DNA of 64,000 nucleotides. It comes from Schizochytrium sp. TIO01. Taxonomy: Eukaryota; Protista; Bigyra: Labyrinthulomycetes. The position numbers were made by a program, and so were the translations under genes. Where the stretch lies: contig SMSO01000035.1 in assembly GCA_004764695.1 (NCBI GenBank), positions 2,604,001-2,668,000 of the forward strand. Reading direction: 5' to 3'. This document shows positions 58,266-64,000 of the stretch, one piece after another (the stretch's first letter is position 1; each line of letters begins with the position of its first letter). Under the pieces are notes generated by a model. The model searched no databases, was not told the origin of the DNA, and was given only the letters and a program-made list of their open reading frames with translations.

Positions 58266-61200
58266 CTAGCTATCTTCTTCGGAATTGTTCCGAACTGGTC
58301 GTAATGAATTGTACAATTTATCAGCTGCGGCCTTGAGTTCCGGGGCAAGTTTTAGTCGCGAAACGATTGGTGTGCGACGTTTCTGGCGAGAGGACCTCGT
58401 TGACCTTTCCGCACTGCTTCTAATAGAGGACTTCGATGTACTTTTACTTTTGCTTGCTACTGCAGGACGCTCTTGATTTTCTTTCTTAGGCTTACTGTAC
58501 AGGTCTGAGCTACAGCTTGATGCATCTTTCTCGATCTTTGCAATACTTGGTCTCGATGCAAGGGCAAGACTGACACGTCTTCTCACTTCGTGATCACGGC
58601 CGTCCATCTCGTGTTCTGATGTCTCAGGCCCAGCATCATGTTGCATGGAAGATTCGCTAGAGCTATTTGCTAGACTAATCAGCTCTGCATCTGCAATTCG
58701 GCGCACTCTACCTCCGGATTCTGCAATAGCATCAAGAACTTCGCGAGCATGTGCAATGGTTTCCTGATATTGCGCAGCCCGGTCCACAGGGATACGCCAG
58801 TTTGGATCGACATAATGGTCTTGGGCTGAACCTTGAAGTAATGACCCCATCAAAGATCCTTCAGTTGTCCACAGGTGTACCATACGATCGACTGATGAAG
58901 TTGCCAAGACGTTTAGTTCCTCAATTCGATGAATAGAGTGTACACCCATTGAATGAGCTGTCCATTGTAATTTTAATTGTGGCAAAAGACGTCCATTGCG
59001 GCCTGCTCGTGCCAGACGATTCACTCGAAGATTCTTTAACTTGGCAATCTCAACCCTTACACTTGGACGATCGTTATTTTTTCGATCTGTTTCTGGGGGA
59101 GTTGGTACAGTCTCTACGTTTGAGGCGTGGAAGCTGTCTTCAGTTATAAAAAATGATTGGTTCGCTTCCTCTGATACTTCTTCTTTTACAACCTGAGTCA
59201 GAGGTGACTTATCCGATGCTAATTTTCGCGCTTGGGAAAATGATGTTATAGGTTTTGTCTTGTAGCTTCGCGAAGCTTGGTCAATAAGACGCGATAGCTG
59301 CTGCTGGTGGTACTCAATTGCTTCGCTAAGAACCTGACTCAAGTTCCATGAATGGAGACTCCCAAGCTCATCACCAACAAAAAGCGTATTAGTGTTGGAA
59401 TCCCACTCCATACAGGTAATTGCAGCCGTGTGGTTCTCTTCTTCAATCGGATTCCTGCTTGCTTCAAAAAGATCATCTCCGGAGCTAGCCATTTGAGCAT
59501 ACCCAGCCTCTGAGCTTATTTCATTATAGAAAGAGATCCATGGAAGTGTCTTATACGTGACCGGGTGTGTACGCCAAATAAAAATCTTCCCGTTAGCATC
59601 TCCTGAGACTAAATAAGGATAAGGTTCAAGGTATCGTAATGCACAGACGTCAATTTCATGGCCAACACAGAGTGCTTCGGTGGCACCGGTCTCGCCATTG
59701 AATAAACAAATGGTGGTATCCAACGCTGCCGTTGCGATCTGCTTCCATGCTTTAGAGTACGCGATTGCGGTGACATCTCGTTGAACTTCGAAAGATGCGA
59801 TTGAGGTAACTGTACGGAGCTGCTTTTTCTTCAATTGTAGGTAGTTACGTTCAATACGCTCTTGATACAAAGCGGCACCAGGTATAGTCCGAATCAGTGC
59901 TGCGAAACCATTGCGATGATTAATTTCCATAAGTACAACGGCAGCTTCGGGGTCTGACTCATCCGATACCTTTATTACTCCGTCCCAAGAAGATGAAATA
60001 ATACGTTGAGTTCCTGCTAGGGAGTGGAGTGCCACGATTTCACTTGCATGCGCACTCAAATTTTTCATGCGGGCTCCATTCGCAAGATTAAAAACCGTAA
60101 TTCGACCCTCGTGGTCCCCGGTAATAAATTTACGCTTGCGCCCATCGAAACACAAGGCTGTAATTTCTGCTCTACTAATGTCGCGATAAATTCGTATAAG
60201 ACGCCCACTCTCTGCATCCCAAAGTTTAACACTACGTCCTGCTGCAGTTGTAAACGTAAGAGCACTCTCATTGAAGATTACACCAATTGTCGGGGAGGTG
60301 TCCGTGAGTTTAGGATCAGTTGGTCGATCATAATCGAAGAATCGAACGTCATGATTAGCTGCTACAATACGGCGATGTTTTGTAGAGTATGTAAAACAAC
60401 TAATAGCGGTGTCAATATCACTCATTCGAAGTGAATGATTGTACAATAAAGACGAAGCCAGATTTCGTCGATTCTCGATATTCTCTCGAATGTCACCTTG
60501 CATACGCTCTGATTTAGAGGTAGACGAATTACCTCTGAATCCCCGTCGTGGAGTTTCACCTCCATTTCCAATGGCGCCAATTTGAGAAGCTCGGATTGGA
60601 GTTGGTTCAGCAACACGTGAGAGAGGATTAGCAAAGATTGCTGCGCCTTCGCTCCCCTTTGCATCATTCATAGAGAACGTTTGCACACAAGAGAAGTTCC
60701 GAATATCCCAAATTTTGAAAAATCCCTCATTGTCAGCAGTAATAATTTCTGGAGTATTTGGAATCGCTTTGACACCAACAAGAGAGCTATTGTGGCCCTT
60801 GAGGGGCGTAATAAGTCTCTCAACATATGGGTTCCAGACTAATGCGTCATGATCAAACCCCGCTGATATAAGAAATCGATATTCTGGGGCATATGCAAGA
60901 CTGAAAGCTCCCTTTGCGTGCCCAGGTAAACTTTTACGCAGAGTTTGTGTTGGGACATCCCAGAATTTAATATGCGAATCTAAAGAAGCGCTTGCAATCA
61001 CGCCCATACTCTCTATCGAGTGGAGATCCATTACGATATCATCGTGACCGTACAGACGAGCTACACATTCCAAATTTTCAACGCTCCATACGTTTATATT
61101 GCCGTTTAGCCCACCTGTAAAGAGACGGTCGTGTTGCGCACCCCCCCACTCGATACTCATTTGCACGTCAGCACAGGGTACCTGCTGGCACAAAGAGTAA

Positions 61201-62729
61201 GTTTGGGTGTCCCAAAACCCTAAGGTACTATCATTCGCCACGGTAGCCAAATAGCTTGAAGCGCCTCGACCTTGTAGATAAGAGACACCATGGATAACTC
61301 CTTTGTGCCCCGATGCGCGTTTAATGAGGGAGCAATTCGAAGCCTCATAGACGCTTAGCATGCGGTTTGTGTCACAAGATATGAGATGGTCGAGCTCTTC
61401 AATGTAATAAACATGATCTACACGAGTGTCATAGGTAACCGATGGAATTGGTGCAATTGGGCTTGGGTCGTACCGTTTAATATTGTCGACGCGAAAGTTG
61501 TCGCGGTCTTGAGACGACTCAACGATATATCCCGTAAACTCTTGCAGTTCCATGGACTGATCTCCATTAATATCAACTTGATCGAAAAATTCACAAAGTT
61601 TAGCGACTGCATTGACCTCGGCATCATACGATTCCATTTCTGGTTGATATTTCATCATAACACCTACAAATTCATGCAGGTTCAATTCCCCTCCGTGCTC
61701 ATTAAAATCGCGTTTTACAAGCTGTAGTTGTTTTGCGTCAAGCTCCATCATCATCTTAGTCACAATTTCTTCATCCATTCGAAATTTAGTCTTGTCAACA
61801 GGTAGGGGCCCATCTCTCCGTGACGTCAAGGCAGAGTCGCCCGAAATCGCCATGCTAGTACTCATATGGGATTGGTTCTCTTGAATCGGTACAATAGCAA
61901 GGGATGAAATAGCCGCAGCCTCTGCTGCTAATGCATTCTTTTTGGAACGTGCGCCGCGTCTAGCATTGTTTTCTCGGAGGAGTTTCTGTTCACCTGATTC
62001 ACGCATCAAGGGGATGTGGCTTACAGGTGTTGGCTGACGTTGGCGAAAATTAATATGGCGCTGTTGTAAATCTTTCACATGTGTCCCTATCCCAAGCGCC
62101 TCAGCAGCATTTGTTTGATAAACCGGCCTCCTGAGGGAGAGTCCAGCCGGTCCTCCAGTACCTGTGGAAGATTGGAATAGAGACAATCTGCTTTCGTCCA
62201 TTCCCTTCAACATATTGTTGGTACTCCCCATTGACACTCCTGTATGATTTGCTTGGTTTGATGAGAATGAGAAACCCTTTTCTCCCTTGATTTTAATACG
62301 CATGTTTTTCTCTGATGTTCTAGGTAAGCTTTGGTGACTTTCAGTCAGAGTATTTGAATCTGATCGTAAAAGATTATGCGATGGACGACCTTTTGGTTTC
62401 TCAAGATGCAGCTCCCATGCAAGAAAATCCATTTCTCCATCCACAGGACCATTTTCTTCTCGCTTGCGCAGCTTGTCTAGGCCTTCAACAACATTTGCTG
62501 GAAGTTTTGCTTCTGCTAGCTCAACTATTTTACGAGTATCAATCTGGAATCCTGTGAATTGCCGCGACAAGGGAGACCGCCTACCTGCCGCTGCTAGTCT
62601 GCCCAAAGGTTCTTCCCCGGAAGTTATTCCAGACGTAAACCCCGGTACTGGTGACGTCAAGACTCGTCCTGCAAATTTTTGCCGAGCTCGACCCTTCGCC
62701 CCTCGTCTCCGGGGCGAGGACGCCGACAT
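58266..62729 (-). CDS. EF-hand + WD40 repeat protein (WDR49/EFCAB8-like, probably ciliary)
   Basis: EF-hand-like FDQVDINGDQSMELQEF, followed by many WD40 repeats (GHDDIVMDL..SASLDSHIKFWD, LKGHNSSLVGV..KIWDIRN). Confidence 0.88.
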   Translation of the reverse strand: MSASSPRRRGAKGRARQKFAGRVLTSPVPGFTSGITSGEEPLGRLAAAGRRSPLSRQFTGFQIDTRKIVELAEAKLPANVVEGLDKLRKREENGPVDGEMDFLAWELHLEKPKGRPSHNLLRSDSNTLTESHQSLPRTSEKNMRIKIKGEKGFSFSSNQANHTGVSMGSTNNMLKGMDESRLSLFQSSTGTGGPAGLSLRRPVYQTNAAEALGIGTHVKDLQQRHINFRQRQPTPVSHIPLMRESGEQKLLRENNARRGARSKKNALAAEAAAISSLAIVPIQENQSHMSTSMAISGDSALTSRRDGPLPVDKTKFRMDEEIVTKMMMELDAKQLQLVKRDFNEHGGELNLHEFVGVMMKYQPEMESYDAEVNAVAKLCEFFDQVDINGDQSMELQEFTGYIVESSQDRDNFRVDNIKRYDPSPIAPIPSVTYDTRVDHVYYIEELDHLISCDTNRMLSVYEASNCSLIKRASGHKGVIHGVSYLQGRGASSYLATVANDSTLGFWDTQTYSLCQQVPCADVQMSIEWGGAQHDRLFTGGLNGNINVWSVENLECVARLYGHDDIVMDLHSIESMGVIASASLDSHIKFWDVPTQTLRKSLPGHAKGAFSLAYAPEYRFLISAGFDHDALVWNPYVERLITPLKGHNSSLVGVKAIPNTPEIITADNEGFFKIWDIRNFSCVQTFSMNDAKGSEGAAIFANPLSRVAEPTPIRASQIGAIGNGGETPRRGFRGNSSTSKSERMQGDIRENIENRRNLASSLLYNHSLRMSDIDTAISCFTYSTKHRRIVAANHDVRFFDYDRPTDPKLTDTSPTIGVIFNESALTFTTAAGRSVKLWDAESGRLIRIYRDISRAEITALCFDGRKRKFITGDHEGRITVFNLANGARMKNLSAHASEIVALHSLAGTQRIISSSWDGVIKVSDESDPEAAVVLMEINHRNGFAALIRTIPGAALYQERIERNYLQLKKKQLRTVTSIASFEVQRDVTAIAYSKAWKQIATAALDTTICLFNGETGATEALCVGHEIDVCALRYLEPYPYLVSGDANGKIFIWRTHPVTYKTLPWISFYNEISSEAGYAQMASSGDDLFEASRNPIEEENHTAAITCMEWDSNTNTLFVGDELGSLHSWNLSQVLSEAIEYHQQQLSRLIDQASRSYKTKPITSFSQARKLASDKSPLTQVVKEEVSEEANQSFFITEDSFHASNVETVPTPPETDRKNNDRPSVRVEIAKLKNLRVNRLARAGRNGRLLPQLKLQWTAHSMGVHSIHRIEELNVLATSSVDRMVHLWTTEGSLMGSLLQGSAQDHYVDPNWRIPVDRAAQYQETIAHAREVLDAIAESGGRVRRIADAELISLANSSSESSMQHDAGPETSEHEMDGRDHEVRRRVSLALASRPSIAKIEKDASSCSSDLYSKPKKENQERPAVASKSKSTSKSSIRSSAERSTRSSRQKRRTPIVSRLKLAPELKAAADKLYNSLRPVRNNSEEDS

Positions 62730-63653
62730 CGTAATCTAAAAAAGAGAGCGTTGGATATGATGCTTTAAAAGTCGTGGAGCTCACAGAATGCTCTTCGCCT
62801 AGCACTTCTAGGTTATAGCAGCTTGCACCAGACGTAGAGCAACCCAATCTTCGCCTCAAGTCACTCCGAGCGTTGCAACCCGCGAGCCCTTTCGCTCACT
62901 ATCTGCCATGAATTCGGCGGTACAGCAAGCGTGCAGGCGGGTTATCTAGCCATGGGATTGAACAGAATTATCAATCCTTATGGTACTTGCTAAGCATTAT
63001 TAGATATGTTTTGCAATCATTCAGAGTCTCACTAAAAAATATTTATTAACAATGCACGAGCACATACTCAACGGCTATATTCGAATCGACAAATAAACGC
63101 TAGTTGGTGGGATAAGATTATTAGTATTTTGTTACAGTAATGAAGCAAAAGTAAAAGAAAAGAAAAAGCCTGGGAGTGGAACAGTTGAATTACTATTGTG
63201 CGTTAAATTTAGCCCCACAAGAATTCTTAATTTTTTACCGCGCACTCCTAGGTAAAGTTCAAGCAATTGTTATGAGCTCGTAATCTCTCTTGACATACTT
63301 CTTCAATTGGGAAACGTTCAACTTTATGACAGCGGCTTGACCAGGGAAACGAAGGTCTTGGCCAAGGCGAGGAAAGCAAACGCACGCACTCATAGAAAAA
63401 ATTGAGGTTGCCAAGGGTGGGGGGGGGTGGGAGGCTTGGAAGCAAACGCTGATTGCGTAGTTGTCTCTGGACATAGCGTATCACTGTGGTTGATGACAGA
63501 AGTTTTTAGAGCTTTAAGATAGGCAGAAATATAGGAAAATCAACCAGATCAACCAATTGGCACGCAGGTGAACACGCTCAAAACCGCTTTCCTTCAATAA
63601 CATTAGAGGCAAAAGGATTCCTTCATTTAAGAAAACGCCTTCAAGAATCCACA

Positions 63654-64000
63654 ATGACCACAGAGCTCACAACGTCGGTATTGACGACTATGAATAACCT
63701 GTTGCCAGCTCAAATGAGTCGAAGAGCGCTTCTTGATCGCTTGGATCGCTGCATTGAATTTCTTGATGATTCGCGAAAGGTTGATTGGGAAGATCGCGAG
63801 CGATATTTGATGGAAATGCAGGTTGCACTTGTACGACTCACTGCGGATGAGCATAACGATCACCTTGAGAAGGTTTCCTACGATATGCTTTCTAAGATGA
63901 GAAGGCCACTCGAGTCTCAACTTCGAGATCTTCGTTCTGCGATTGTAAGAGAAGCTTGTAAATTACTGTGTGTTTGCGTGGACTGCCTACAAACTCAGTT
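63654..64000 (+). CDS. CLASP-type TOG/HEAT domain protein, 5' part (runs off the window)
   Basis: Open frame from ATG 63654 to the window end: ..KVDWEDRERYL..QLRDLRSAIVREACKLL.., matching the CLASP_N pattern DW..R and DLRS.V.EAC. Confidence 0.75.
   Translation, partial: MTTELTTSVLTTMNNLLPAQMSRRALLDRLDRCIEFLDDSRKVDWEDRERYLMEMQVALVRLTADEHNDHLEKVSYDMLSKMRRPLESQLRDLRSAIVREACKLLCVCVDCLQTQ

Overview
Eukaryotic nuclear DNA, gene-dense and intron-poor, with GT-AG introns, CTAAC branch points and long microsatellites. The beta-tubulin sequence, gene content and style suggest a stramenopile, probably a thraustochytrid such as Aurantiochytrium (inference). Ordinary genes: a zinc-finger/FN3/TPR/WD40/LysM giant protein, beta-tubulin, SPX-MFS transporter, GPC1-type acyltransferase, RAB28, an F-box/SMI1-KNR4 protein, a protein with a stand-alone dynein-stalk-like domain, a single-chain BC-BCCP-CT acyl-CoA carboxylase ending in -SKL, two secreted Cys-rich proteins, and an EF-hand/WD40 protein. 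Four genes are absent or only partly shown in the ORF track and were rebuilt by hand: spliced Costars/ABRACL, spliced CDC26, a three-exon AAA_26/DRTGG protein, and the start of a CLASP-type TOG gene at the window end. The most unusual part is a ~5 kb island (about 31.0-36.2 kb) with very AT-rich spacers. It holds an intact PD-(D/E)xK nuclease + kinase gene, a small Cys/His ORF resembling a piece of a herpes/mirusvirus-like terminase, a broken three-frame ORF, a motif shared upstream of two ORFs, and a hairpin at its left edge. It may be a relic of an endogenous virus or other mobile element. No tRNA, rRNA or CRISPR array was found. All family calls come from motif recognition by eye; no database search was run.
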